Source: Dimargaris cristalligena
Lineage: Eukaryota
Length of the DNA: 32,057 nt
Direction of reading: 5' to 3'
NCBI GenBank assembly: GCA_003614675.1
Contig: ML002429.1
Coordinates: 1-32,057 of the forward strand
Both the position numbers and the translations under genes were made by a program. Every line of letters begins with the position of its first letter. The stretch's first letter is position 1. Below the pieces are notes generated by a model, which was given only the letters and a program-made list of their open reading frames with translations, made no database searches and was not told the DNA's origin. This document shows, piece by piece, positions 10,639 through 22,677 of the stretch.

Positions 10639-11160
10639 TTAGATGCGGGCGGGTTCGGTTGCATGGGTGTTCCAAATCATGCCGTACCTCTTCAACCGTT
10701 TACTGTCACGCTCGCTGCCGGTGTTGTTGAACGGCCTCTCGTATGCATTCACGTGGGGGATATAATTCGCATCCACCAGACTGCCGCCATTGCTACTGCC
10801 ACCACTATTACTACCGGCGGTAGTGGTGGTGGTGGAAGCACGGAAATTCGGCAATGATGAACGCCGGGGCGGCGAGACGATTGGCTTATCCTGATCGGGT
10901 CTGAGGTTTAGGAACCGTCTGGGCAAGCTATAAATACTACCCCCGGATTCGCGGGTGGGGGGCTTAGGTGGATTTTGCGCGGATTTAATCTTGCGCAAGT
11001 CCTCTACGCTGCTATAGCGGCGGGCCTGCCGAAAAGGGAGGCGGGTAGCGGTGGAAAGGGGGGTTCCAAAGTCCATATCAATCGGAGAGCCGGGCGACGA
11101 GGGCTGGTAGGCTGAGACACAGGCCAGCAGGAGTAGCGCGACCAGGATAAAGTACGACAT
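10639..11160 (-). CDS. Orphan small secreted protein, 173 aa, Ser/Pro/Arg-rich, intronless
   Basis: The ATG at 11160 opens MSYFILVALLLLACVSA|YQPSS, a classic signal peptide with a small-residue cleavage site. The frame is open and GC-richer than its flanks. A TATAAAA lies about 140 nt upstream on the minus strand (11298-11304). No recognised domain. Confidence 0.7.
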   Translation of the reverse strand: MSYFILVALLLLACVSAYQPSSPGSPIDMDFGTPLSTATRLPFRQARRYSSVEDLRKIKSAQNPPKPPTRESGGSIYSLPRRFLNLRPDQDKPIVSPPRRSSLPNFRASTTTTTAGSNSGGSSNGGSLVDANYIPHVNAYERPFNNTGSERDSKRLKRYGMIWNTHATEPARI

Positions 11161-12625
11161 GCTTCTAATGGATGGGGGGAGGGATATAAGGTGTTTAAGC
11201 GCAATGCAATAAAAAGATGGCAGAGAGAGAGAGGGGGGGGGGTACAAGCCCAATGGAAGTGTAAGGTCCGAAAATTAACTGGGCCATTTGAGCCCTCTTT
11301 TATAGAGGCGTTAAGCATACGCTATTCTAGTAGGGGAAAGAGGGGGGAGCATTAGCTTGGAATATCCCTTGAGCCTCAACCACCGTGCGCTAAACTACCA
11401 CCCTCCCCTTCCCCCCTGTTAGAAATTTTATATCTGTGCAACCCCGAGTCTTGTGCTCGCCGTGACTACGCGTTGTTGTATTGGAGAGCCAGAGAAATCG
11501 GAACGTTACGTCCGGAATTCAACCTAACGGCACGTCCAACGAATGAACCAAAGCCTAAAAAAAAAATCCGCGTGCTGTTGTCGGTGTCTTTTAGTTAGGC
11601 TGGGATGGGATGGCGGAGTGCAGTTCACTGAGGTATCGCAGAACTGGCCTAATAAGATTGCAATAGTGTGGACCAGAACATCTATACTAAGCGCAATAGA
11701 AGGGTTAGGCTAACCCACCTTTTTGCGGTTAATCCGCCCGCTGGCACCTCCACCCCATACTGCTAGGTCTTTTTTCAAATGCTGTTCCCGCTGAGGAATC
11801 CACCGCCGTGCCACATGTAGCATCCACGAATATTCCATCGAACACGTTAAACATGGCCGGCCGGCAAAGACCGTTTGGCCAACCCAACTTCAACCACCAC
11901 TACCAGCCAGTAATTGTACGGTGGAAGTTAATGTAGGACAGTGCCAGGGTAAATTCACATGTTGGCCGTGATAATTGTCACCCTCCACGGCTATAATTCA
12001 GGCCTGCAGTAAATTAAGAGAAATATAGTAATAAGATGTGGACGACCAATATATTAAACCTCGACTACAGTACTAAAGAATGAACAGAGACTAGGTGGAT
12101 AAAATAAAAGTGCAACATAACGAATAATATATTAATGTGAGCTTGGGATGGGGTATGTATAGTATCATAGAAACATGTCAACTTTGGGACATGCCTGGCT
12201 GGGTAGTGAAGGTGCCAAATGGCATTAAATCAATCTACATGCCCTGCGCGCAAAAAATAATTAAATAAATAAAAGGCACAATGGATAAGAGGAGCTTGAA
12301 AATGAGAACAAAATGAAAAAAGATACGGCAAGAGTATGAGTTTTACAGTGATACATGTGCAGAATAATGGGTTTAAAGAATAGTGCAATATGAATACAGT
12401 TGGGGATACTTAATATTCAAATCGACAAAAGTCGTAAAAAAAAAGGAGAGAGATGCCAGCAGGTTCATGAAAATGGGTATATACGTAGATAATGGGTGGG
12501 AATAAATAGTAAAAATAGGCGGAAGCGGATAGTGCAGCACTACCGGCAAGTAGAGATTAGATTATCAATCTCAACCATCGTTCAGATCGTACGGCGTAGG
12601 TGAAAAATAGCCGGGAGGATGCAAA

Positions 12626-15600
12626 TTATGAGTAGGGAGGCGACCCTACACTGCGATTACGCGATCGAAAAACATTGGGGAAGGTCAACGAAGTGAAGGG
12701 TGATTTTAGTCGAAAATCAGGGCTACCGGAATGCGGGGTAAGCACCGAGTAACCATTATCATGTCCTGAGTCGTCCGATGGGGGGTTACAGTGATCATGG
12801 CCGAGTCGACGACCAGGGGTTTCGCCTGTGTGGGTAAACACCAAATACTCTAACTCGGGGCCAAACCGGTCAAAGCTATACTTAAGCTCTCGGAGGTCCT
12901 GTTGCAAATCAGGCCAGCAGTCGTCCCCACCCGCATATCGATTTCGGCAATCAGTGACAAGAATTTCGAGATTCTGGTAAAGAAATACCAGGAGGTGATC
13001 CTCGGAATGGGTCTCATTCGCAGCGGTACTATGGCTGGACTTGGTAGTCCCACTATCCAGACTTTCACTTGAGTTGTAGCTCAAACGCGACGAAAGCGTC
13101 GACGACTGGCTTCCAGACGCACCCAGCCCCAAGTTTTCGCCCAGGCTAAGCGAGCAGCGGGCATCAAAGTCGTCCATACTAAAGGCCGATTCCAGATGCT
13201 GAGCAAGTACATCAGCCATATCCATGTAGGGACTAATCTTCAAAACCTCCGACATGCGCTTTTTCGGCTTATGAGCGGACTTGGTAGTCTCGTCCGAACA
13301 CGGAGTCGTACACACCCGCTGCAAATATTGGCGTAATTTAGGACGGGCCTCCCGCAAAAAGGGATTCATACACCCCATGTAATTCTCCTTGGACCCAAAC
13401 TCGATTCCGTTGCAAAGGGCCGCCAGCACTTTACCGCATAGCACGAACCCCCGGCGAGCCCGCGAACTGGGTTCTGGCGGTAAGCCAGCGGACTCGGGGG
13501 AGGTCATAGTAGGAATGACAAACCGAATAAAGAGAAGCGTACCCAGGACTTTTTCGATGGCATTGAAGTCAATATCCGATTCAGGTGGGTTGATTAGTCG
13601 CATGGAATTGGTGCCGACCGAGGAACGGCTCCCCAATCCAAGGCCCGGGGAGGTAACACCGCCCCCACCTCCACTGGTTATCGGGGAGAGGGTTGAGTGC
13701 CTTGTAGATAGGAATTCGAGAGATACAGGGGACTCCAGAGTAAACCGTTCGGATTTGGCCGACGCGGCCCAGCTGCTCAACCGATAATTAGCCGACTCCT
13801 CTAGAATGGACTGGAGATGCTTGGTCATATCACTGGCAAAGTCGTCGCTCACAGTGCCGGGGTTGAACACCGGCAAGTCGATCTGGCTGAAGCGGTGGTA
13901 GGCGACCTCGTCAGGGGACCGGCCACCTTCGGAGGGACCCAGCCCACGGCCCAGGATACCCCGTGGACTGTCGGGGGCGGGGGGCAGGGGTTTAATCCTA
14001 AAATCATACGATTTACAGCGATTGCGCTTATGATCACCGAGCTGGTGGGTGTAGGAGACTGAGATTTGCCAGAGGCGAATTACTTCCTTGCGGATAAGTG
14101 CACACATATCTTGCAGCGGGGTGGGCATATGCTGGCGGGCGTTTATCACAGTGTCCAGAATCAATCGACAAGCAGTGTGCAGATTATCCCGGTTACGGTC
14201 AATCATACCCGGACTAACGCGAAACGGATCGATTTCACAGTCCTTGATTATAGACTGCAGCTGTTGCAAGCACGGTTGCAGGAGGGACAACAAATAGGGG
14301 CGGCCCTCCGTCTGGGTGTACGTCACAAGTAGCAATGTGCTCATGCTATTACAATTGGGTAGGACATTATACCAACGCAGAGAAAGCGGAAGTGGGTAAG
14401 TAAAGGAGTGAGTAATCGATAGGAGGATAAGTGCCAGCAAACGGTGGCATCAACCAGTATCAGACTGACTGGTTAGACATGGGGCAAATAGGGAAGGCGA
14501 TAGGTAATGCCAATACCCCTGTCGTCACTAAGGGGTGGTCAGTTAATTGAAAGCAATGGGGGTAGATGCCGAGTCAATCTAGGCCAAATCCAGCGCAAAA
14601 GAAATAGGATAGGCATGGCCATACAGTCACTTCAAAGAGGGGGGATCTACCACGACACGCCAAAAGTACTTGAGGTGATCCCCCCACCTCTAGTGGGACA
14701 GAAGAGCGAAAATGGGGGAGGGGACGAAATCCTACTGACTGAACCGACTAGGCTGATGCAATGAAACCTACCTATTATCACGAAGAACCTCGCTGATATC
14801 CTTGCCCTTCGTATCTGCAGAAGCAAAAATAATATGGGACGCTGTTAGAAAACGGTGTAGGTGATAAACTACTCAAGCGCGCATACCTGGACAACATTGG
14901 GCTCACTAAAGTGACGCACAGCTGGCAGTTGCAGCGGAGTATGCCGACAAACAACTCATGCAATGGGCTGGACAGTAATGATCCATTGAACCAGACGTCA
15001 TTGTAGCAATGTTTATACGACAATCGGATATGAGGGGCCAAGCACTGGCCCCCCTGGTTCATGTAATAGTCCGAAAAACATTCAGTGCCCATGGATAATA
15101 CTTACAAGACTCGAGCATTTTCTCGCGGATGGCATACTTGATAAAGGCCTGAATAGATTCGGGAGAGTTCTGACGCCGGAGCAAAGTAACAATAAGGTGG
15201 GACCAGAGGGCAGCCTTGTCGCCAGACAGGTTGGCCCGGCTCAAATGACGCAACAGCATTTGGTCCTTGCGAAGCAGGATCCGACTGACATGGTTATACA
15301 CTCGCTCCAGGTCTTGTTTGTAGGTTGAACTAGGGACCGGCTATATGATAGAGGATAGCAGGAAAGTAGGTGTGTCAGAAAATAGAGATAGAAGCGGAAC
15401 TGGCTAGACTGGATCACATAGCCAACTGGACATATATGGCATAGACTAATGACGGGGGTACCATAGCCATACGAGGCTCAACTTACCGGCTCATCGTAGT
15501 GGGATTTGTATTGGGTCAGGATGAGTGGCGGCAAGGGTTTAGACCGATTCGCCAACTTCTTGGTCTACCGATCGTCGATTTGGAATAGTTAGGTAATTCA

Positions 15601-16029
15601 AGGATATGGCGAATTGCAGTAATTCGAAATGGGCATATTAGCTTCGGGGATTATGGTTAGCCGTGTGTAACCGTGGCTCAGGTATATGCGAATGTGGATA
15701 CAGCAGGGGGCGCAAGTCGGTGGTATTGCTCCAACCAGTACTGGACTGGGGAACAGTATTGTACGGATTATCATCCACGCTAGCCCATCTACCGAACCCC
15801 CTCCCCCAGTTAAGGAAGGCTGCAGTTCCCCAGTAAAGGGCCATCAGAAGTAGTGGAGGCAACGGGGCCAGCGGTTTATAAGCCGGATTGGGCGTCGCCT
15901 ATTGCAGTTGGTTTTAGGGTAGATAAGGCCGGAAATAGCCCATAAATGGTATGGCCGACGAGAACTTACCCGAGGAGGGCCCTTGGCCGGGGGCGTAGGA
16001 GAAGAATACGGCAGTTCGGTGGAGTTCAT
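12626..16029 (-). CDS. Ras GTPase-activating protein (RasGAP domain), 5 exons, about 711 aa
   Basis: Exons 16029-15970, 15564-15487, 15340-15106, 14814-14772 and 14345-12626, all GT-AG with consistent phases. The arginine-finger segment EVLRDNSMSTLLL is assembled across the 43-nt exon 4. It also has the FLR-like motif LLFIRFVIPTMTSP and RRGFVLCGKVL...FGSKENYMGCMNPFL. The first two exons are less certain. Confidence 0.85.
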
Positions 16030-16776
16030 GATATACAATGAAAAGACGGGTGTGGGGCGGTGGGAAAGGAGGGGTGCAAAACAGCACCAACTGAGTGGTG
16101 GCTATAGCCAGAGGGGACGCAGATTAGCCAATAACACACCTAATTCGGCACGATAGGCGAACGAGGGGTGTGTGGGAAAGGCGGGGAAGCTGAGGGAGCT
16201 CGCGGTGAAGGCCAATAAAGGGGCGACTAGCTATGGTCGGGATAAACAAACTACGCAATGGGATACTAAACCGACGAAACGAAACTCCGAAGTGGCTAAA
16301 AATAGAGTAGAGGTCCGCCAGGGACTCGGTAGGGAAGTTAAAGTAGGTCGACAACGCCAATGGAAGGAACAATGGTGGCAAAGATGCGCGGGCCAGTGCC
16401 AAAGGGTCAGCTTAGAATCGGGGACATAAACGGTACAGGCTTATCGAGGTGAGGTAAGGGAAACGAAGCAGTAAGTCGAAAACAGATAAGAAGAGAGAAG
16501 GGATGAGCTCGGGTCAGCAAAGCCGGAACGTAGTTTAAACGGTAGCTGAATAAAGAGAGAGGGAGGGAAAGAGAAGGGACCAGCGGGCGGGGAAAACGGC
16601 AATTATATTTGGTAGATACAAGAAGCATACATTCATAGGACTGGGATGGAAGCCAAGGCTGACCAAAGGTGGAGAGTATGAGGAAAGGCAGTGTGTGCAT
16701 ACATACACCAATGTGCCTGTATGCGACGGTGGCTGTAGAAATATGATATAGTAGGAGCGTGGATGAAAAGGGCATT

Positions 16777-16822
16777 CTCTCTTTCTCTTTCTCTCTCTCT
16801 CTCTCTCTCCTTCTCTCCCTCT
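16777..16822. repeat. CT-rich microsatellite upstream of RasGAP
   Basis: ctctctttctctttctctctctctctctctctccttctctccctct read directly. Confidence 0.85.
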
Positions 16823-19485
16823 CACTCACTCACTTTCTCCCCTCCATCCCTCTTTCCTCATCGGTCCTGGTTACTTGAGAAAAGCAGGCACACACACCAT
16901 CCAGCCGCTACCTCCAAAAAATGGCTGGTGCCGAATTTCTCCCTCTTGCCTATTACGTATCCCTCATCCGCAGGGATGGGCCAGCATCTAGTTGCTGGTA
17001 TCCGAAAGATAAAAGGAAAGGAAAGGGAATAAATAGATCATCTACCCCGGCCAGCATACTAATATGTACATTGGCAAGTCCGAATGCTCTGAGCCCGCTG
17101 TCGTTATGGTTACTAGGATAAGCGAACAAAGACCAGGGCCAACACACGTATCATCCCCCTCAACCAATGCCATGTCTAACCGAAGTAAATTCAAGGGCAT
17201 ATAAGGTGCGAATCATTAAACCCGGCACAGCCGAAGCAACGAGGGAGGGGCCAGTCAAGTCAAGCGAAATGATGCGACCAGGGGATGATGTATCGGCCTT
17301 TTTGGACCTACATTTATCGCCAGCACCTGGTATTGGTGGCCACGCAAGATCGTACATCACCATCTGTGCCGCCACGGCCTCTTCGGCTGAACTATTTTGG
17401 GACCATAGTGACGAAAGAGGAGGGACCCCTCCTGTTCTACTCTATCATTGGCCTGCTCTAGTCACGAGTTGTGGAGGCTGGGATATATTAATATAACCAG
17501 GTCAGCACCAAAGCTTGCTCATTCGGTGTCTCTTGCCCATTGGACATGGTTCAAACGAGATAGGCGGAGCACATCCTGGTGGTGATGAAGCACCGGAAAC
17601 ACTAATGCGAGTTGCTCCAACCCGGACATTCCCAAGCGCAGTGGCTTTCCTATAGGCACATCTTTATTACACCAGTCGTGTAATATACTTTAGTGTGGAG
17701 ATCCCTGGCAATTAGACACCCCTTCTTCTTCTGAAGCCATCTCGCAGCAATCACTGGACTGGACAATTCCTAGTTTTCTGAGTCTTTGGGTGTGTCCACT
17801 CTACTATGCACCCACACTAACAGTAGCTCCGGCTAGGTTGCTCTCTATCGCGCCCTGTGCCCCTGAACACTTCTCATAGGATTGCCCGTCGCGCCGCCAC
17901 TCACACTTCCTGTAACACGTTGGGGGAATATTTGCCAGGCGTGTTCAATGGTGAAGTTCGGGGGGGGGGGGGGGGGTATATGAACGGAAATGAAAGAATT
18001 CCAGACCCTAGCTGTCCCGCCATTTTCGATTTACTAGTCAACCAACTATGGTCAACGCGCCCCTTGATGTATCTTTAAGGAATTTGCCATTAACCGGCGA
18101 CAAATACGCCAGAGTGATTAGGAAATGGATGGTTGCTGTCGATGGGTGGGGAGTCCATGGGGGCAACGAGTCTTAACCGACATTGATTATTGTAGCAATA
18201 TAACATAGTACGACCGTATTCATGGTAAGAATAACTCAGCCGTAATTCGGGGGCCAGTGGGGATTTCCGAAGTATGTTTCGACTCACTGCATATCCCTTA
18301 TTGAACCGGTTAATATTTTGAGGCCCTGTTAGGTGCCAATCCAGCCGTTTGGTGCATTGCCCCACTGCCACGGATGGCATTCGGAGTGGCTGAACCAACT
18401 CCGCGATTTACCAGTCCCTGGTCCAGTCTGCATTCAGATACCCACCCATGTAAAAATGGGGTGCTGGGTTATTGTTTGGAGCCTAGCAATGTGTGATGGT
18501 GCCACAGTCCCTTAATTAAATACAACATGACTAAGTAAGTATGCGTCTAGTGGGAACTTCCACACCACCCACCCATCCCAATTTCGACACTCGATATGGG
18601 TGAATATGAGTAACGGAGACTGAATCAAATTGGCTGGAATAGGCTGATGTTTCCCTGTATTTGACCTAAATCGGACGAATAAATCTATACCTAAAACAGG
18701 AACGGCAGGGAAGGGACGGGGGGAAGAGGAGGGGGAGATTGCTGTGCCCTCAGCCCTTCTTCCCTCCCATCTACCTACCCAAAAATAGTCAATAGTCAGG
18801 ATTAACCCCCACCCTGACCCGCGTGTTATATATACTATAAAACCAACGGCCATTCAAACTCGCCAATCCGCGGCCAATTCACAACGAGCCGGGCTCCGGC
18901 CCTTCGTTCATGTATATCCGATGGTGGATATATCAAATAAATTCAATGGTTAGCCATAATAAGGACAGGTGCCCGTTTATTGCCGTCCAAAACGGCCAGG
19001 TCATCCGAAAATATAAGGAAAAGTCTACCCGAACGTATTTATGCCCTACGCATCCGTATCACCAGCTTCCAAAGACAACGTAATGGTAGTGCACCCCTGC
19101 CGAAGAGTATAGTAGTTTGGGGCACCCACCGGCCGCCCTTCTCAACCTCTCCCCACATTATTAATTTGACTGGGCCACTTTTCCTCAGGTGGTGAATGGC
19201 GTGCTTAGACTCGCTAGGTGGGGTGATATATGGCGTTGTATCGACGAGGCCCTCCTCTACTATGGCCTATTTCCCCTATATTTCAGAGGCTTGCTCTGGA
19301 CAGTATTTTCCCAGTGAAAACATCCTCGTCCTGTTCCTTCTTCTTGTCTTCAGCACGACATTAGCTTCCACCGTCATTTTCCTTATACTATTAGCACCTG
19401 CCCCATTCTCCCAACGACAAGGCCCAAGTAACCCGCTCAATTGCAAGACTCACCATAAACTAGGCAGTGTACCTCTCTCATCGGC

Positions 19486-21456
19486 ATGGGTACCACCACC
19501 ACCAACCCAATGGCCACGGCCCAACACAGTATTCTACTACTTCGTTTGCCCAATTCGGTCCACTCAGACCCCTCCCTAGTTCAGCAAGTCTTAACCGAAG
19601 TCATTCTGAAGACCGCCAGGTCGTTGCTCATTATTCTCGATTGTCCGGGTCTGTCCCGCCAGGCCTCACCGCGTGACACTACCCATCCCATCGGTTGGTC
19701 CCAGCTCCAGAACCTATTGGCCCTACTCTACGCAACGGCCACCCAGGTAGCCGCCAAACAGAACAAATTTCTGTTTGAGACGGACATTATCCTTGAACGG
19801 CCTACCGAACCCCAAAGCTGCGTCCGGCTAGCAAATATCAGTCAAATATGCGTCGCGCGTAATGGTAATCCACCCCAGCTCCCTTTCCTCGTTACTATAG
19901 TACCACTTCGATAAATTTATGGGTAACCGACATTGCCTGATACCCACTAGGAGCGTGATTGGGGGGATTGCTACTATGCTATCCCTTCTTAAGCCAAAGG
20001 CAATTGCCCCATATGTACGCTCCAACGACCGACCTGATCTGCCAGTCGGCCCATACTCATGGATACGCTATTCTTACTCTGCCCATCTTTCCCTGTCTAG
20101 ATGTTGATCATTGGCAGCCGTTTCTCGACCGACTAGAACCCCATTTTCCAGTGAAACTAGTACCCCTGCCCATTCCTTCACTTGTTTCTACTGACGTAGC
20201 TGGCACCTCTCAAATAGCCTCCGAACCCTCCGGCCAAGACACTGGTTTATTTTCCATCACCGCCATGGGTGGAACCTTTGACCACCTCCATAGTGGTCAC
20301 AAACTGTTGCTGACCATGGCCGCTTGGATAACAACCGGTACCCTGTACTGTGCGGTGAGCGGTAGGTTGGACATGGTTATTTAGCAAAACACCCCATTAG
20401 CAGTGTCTCCCCATTGAATTCCCCGAGTAGCTCGTGGGCTTCAGTGTGTCGTATATCAGCCACCTCTATTGTTAAGGTGACCGATACTATTCCCTAACGC
20501 AAATCGTTTACACCATTTTTTTCTCTTCAACGCATACCTTGGCCATTCTACTATAGACGAGCCCCTTCTTAAGAATAAGAAGTTTGCCGACTACTTGGAA
20601 CCGTTCCCAAAGCGCTGCCGCCGTGTCCGTGATTTTCTGAACTTGATTAACCCCGATCTGGACTATCGGGTAAGTACCGCTTGATCAGACCAAGTGCACT
20701 CTTCTCCTATTAGACCTACGGCTATTAGCTGCCCAAGGTTGCATTATTAAATTTATTAACCCCGCGACCAGCTATCACCCCCACCAATTCCGGCTTGTTA
20801 ACTATTGTATTATCACTGGCCAACTCTAATTGTATATATGCCCACTTATCATCTATACGGAATCTCTCCCCGCATACAATCTGTAGACTCCGCCGCTCGA
20901 AGATCCCTACGGACCAACCATTACTGCCCCGGAGATCCAGGCCCTCATTTGTTCTGAGGAGACCCTTCCGGGAGGACATGCCGGTAAGTATTGCCTCTCC
21001 ATCTCGATTAGGAATCGGGTAATCACAAGTGCAAGTACAAGCACAGGCACTCTCCCCATTTCCCTTATTCCGTTCCATATTAAGGCCACCAATTACTGAT
21101 TGGCCTGGCTTTCCCTTGCTTGTTACATCAAGATCGATCATGTAAACCAAATCCACCAATCCTTGCTATCCCCCATAATTATTGACCATTTTAAGATTCC
21201 TTATTTTGACATTTTTCGAATCCTAAAATAATTTGCCCTACCCCACCTCCTACCATTACTGGTACCAGTCAATAATGAGCGAGCCAAACGGAACTTCCCC
21301 CCCTTGCAATTGATGGTCATCACCGTGATTTCCCATGCTTCTCCAAAGGCCAATTTATCGGATAACCGATCATCCGAGACGCAGTCGGCGTATTCCCTCA
21401 AACTAAGCTCGACAGCAATTCGCGAATACTACCATAAACTTGACTGTTCCTCCTAA
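19486..21456 (+). CDS. CAB4: Phosphopantetheine adenylyltransferase (CoA synthesis), 5 exons, about 345 aa
   Basis: Exons 19486-19864, 20101-20361, 20557-20669, 20887-20983 and 21269-21456. It has the HxGH motif GGTFDHLHSGHKLLL, plus LLKNKKFADYLEPF, DPYGPTIT, SEETLPGGHAVNNER and KLSSTAIR. The start may be the second ATG (MATAQH). Confidence 0.92.
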
Positions 21457-22098
21457 AGGGAGGAATCCAGTGATTTTTCACCCTTTTCTGCTTTTAGGAA
21501 CTTCTTCCCCCCCTGATGTATAAGCTGTATGTTTAATTTCAGCCAGGCTAATTTATGTATAATCCTTATCCTTGGCAGCTACCACGCTGCAATCTCTTTA
21601 AATCAAAGAGCCGTGCTTCTTTATCGGAAGCCCCTTGAATAAATTAATAAACCCTAATTAACTATTACGCATCTAGGTGTTAAACAGCCCGTATTTTCAA
21701 TACTTGGATGGGCACAGATTATTCGGAAAATGGGCGACCCAGTTTCATCTCAAACACTTCATATACATGTACTATTTTATAAAATAAAAAATTACCCCAT
21801 TTACAGAATAACGATTTCGCTTAAGGATCAAAGCAGTTGATCCGTATATGGATTTTTAGGTGGTGAGGATACGTAGGTTAAAGGTAGAGGGGCTCCAGAG
21901 AACAGGAATACGGAGGGTGTTAGGGTTTCCTACCACTAGGGATGTTAGGAATAAAGGGGGATAATGTTAAGATACTTAATGGTACTACGAACTGATACTA
22001 AGAAGGACAGCCTCAAAGAACTAGGATTTTAATCGGCTACTTTATTTAATAGATTGGTAATTCCGTCGGTATTAATACTACGACGTGAAGAGCAAGGG

Positions 22099-22560
22099 TT
22101 ACTGTTAGGTTGCAATACCAGCCACGGTGGCCAGAGGTAATTCGAGGATGATCCGTTATCGCGTAACGAGCCATTGGAATAGCAATGCAGCGGAGGTATC
22201 GTTCTTGTATAAGCTAGGTTGGAGTGCGGGTAGATATGGGCTAATATTCGAATAGCGTATATTGGGGTTTTAACATAGACGATAAAGCACACCATGCATA
22301 ATAGTGCCATTAATGCCGGGTATGAAAGGGTAAATACGGTTCAGCAGTTGTTACTGGATTGAAAAAATAGGAACAGCCTGAAACATTGGTGCGCAAAGGT
22401 CCAGGGAAACACAGGATAATAGATCAATCGCCAATAAGGTACATTCACAACGAGCCCATTACTGAAGTAATCTAACCACGGCCTGGGGCACTTTTGTTAG
22501 TAGGAAATATAACCTTTCTTAAGGTGGTGAGTCGATGTTCACAGCTAAGGTGTATTTTAA
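22099..22560 (-). pseudogene. Decayed ORF relic, possibly the post-RT region of a non-LTR (L1/Tx1-like) retrotransposon; repeat family C copy 1
   Basis: One frame reads ...ERLYFLLTKVPQAVVRLLQ*WARCEC...VSLDLCAPMFQAVPIFSIQ*QLLNRIY...LELPLATVAGI. It has seven stops, all TAA (22519, 22459, 22351, 22270, 22156, 22105, 22099). 22113-22305 is repeated at 31391-31525. The LINE identity rests on remembered motif resemblance only. Confidence 0.5.
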
Positions 22561-22595
22561 AGGGGCAGATAAGAATAAAATATGAAAAAAATAAT

Positions 22596-22677
22596 CGTCA
22601 CCTGCAGGATTCGAACCTGCGCTCCCAAAGGGAAATGGCTTAGCAGGCCACCGCGTTAACCACTCCGCCAAAGTGAC
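22596..22677 (-). tRNA. tRNA-Ser (anticodon GCU), intronless, 82 nt
   Basis: Minus strand GTCACTTTGGCGGAGTGGTTAACGCGGTGGCCTGCTAAGCCATTTCCCTTTGGGAGCGCAGGTTCGAATCCTGCAGGTGACG. The acceptor stem is GTCACTT/AGGTGAC and the anticodon loop is CT-GCT-AA. It has a long variable arm, a GGTTCGAATCC B-box, discriminator G and an oligo-T terminator just downstream. Confidence 0.96.

Noticed and set aside
16124-19195. Many 60-140 aa ORFs between the divergent RasGAP and CAB4 genes
   Set aside because: They are microsatellite-derived or lack codon bias, motifs and splice-consistent structure. This looks like long UTR or promoter DNA.
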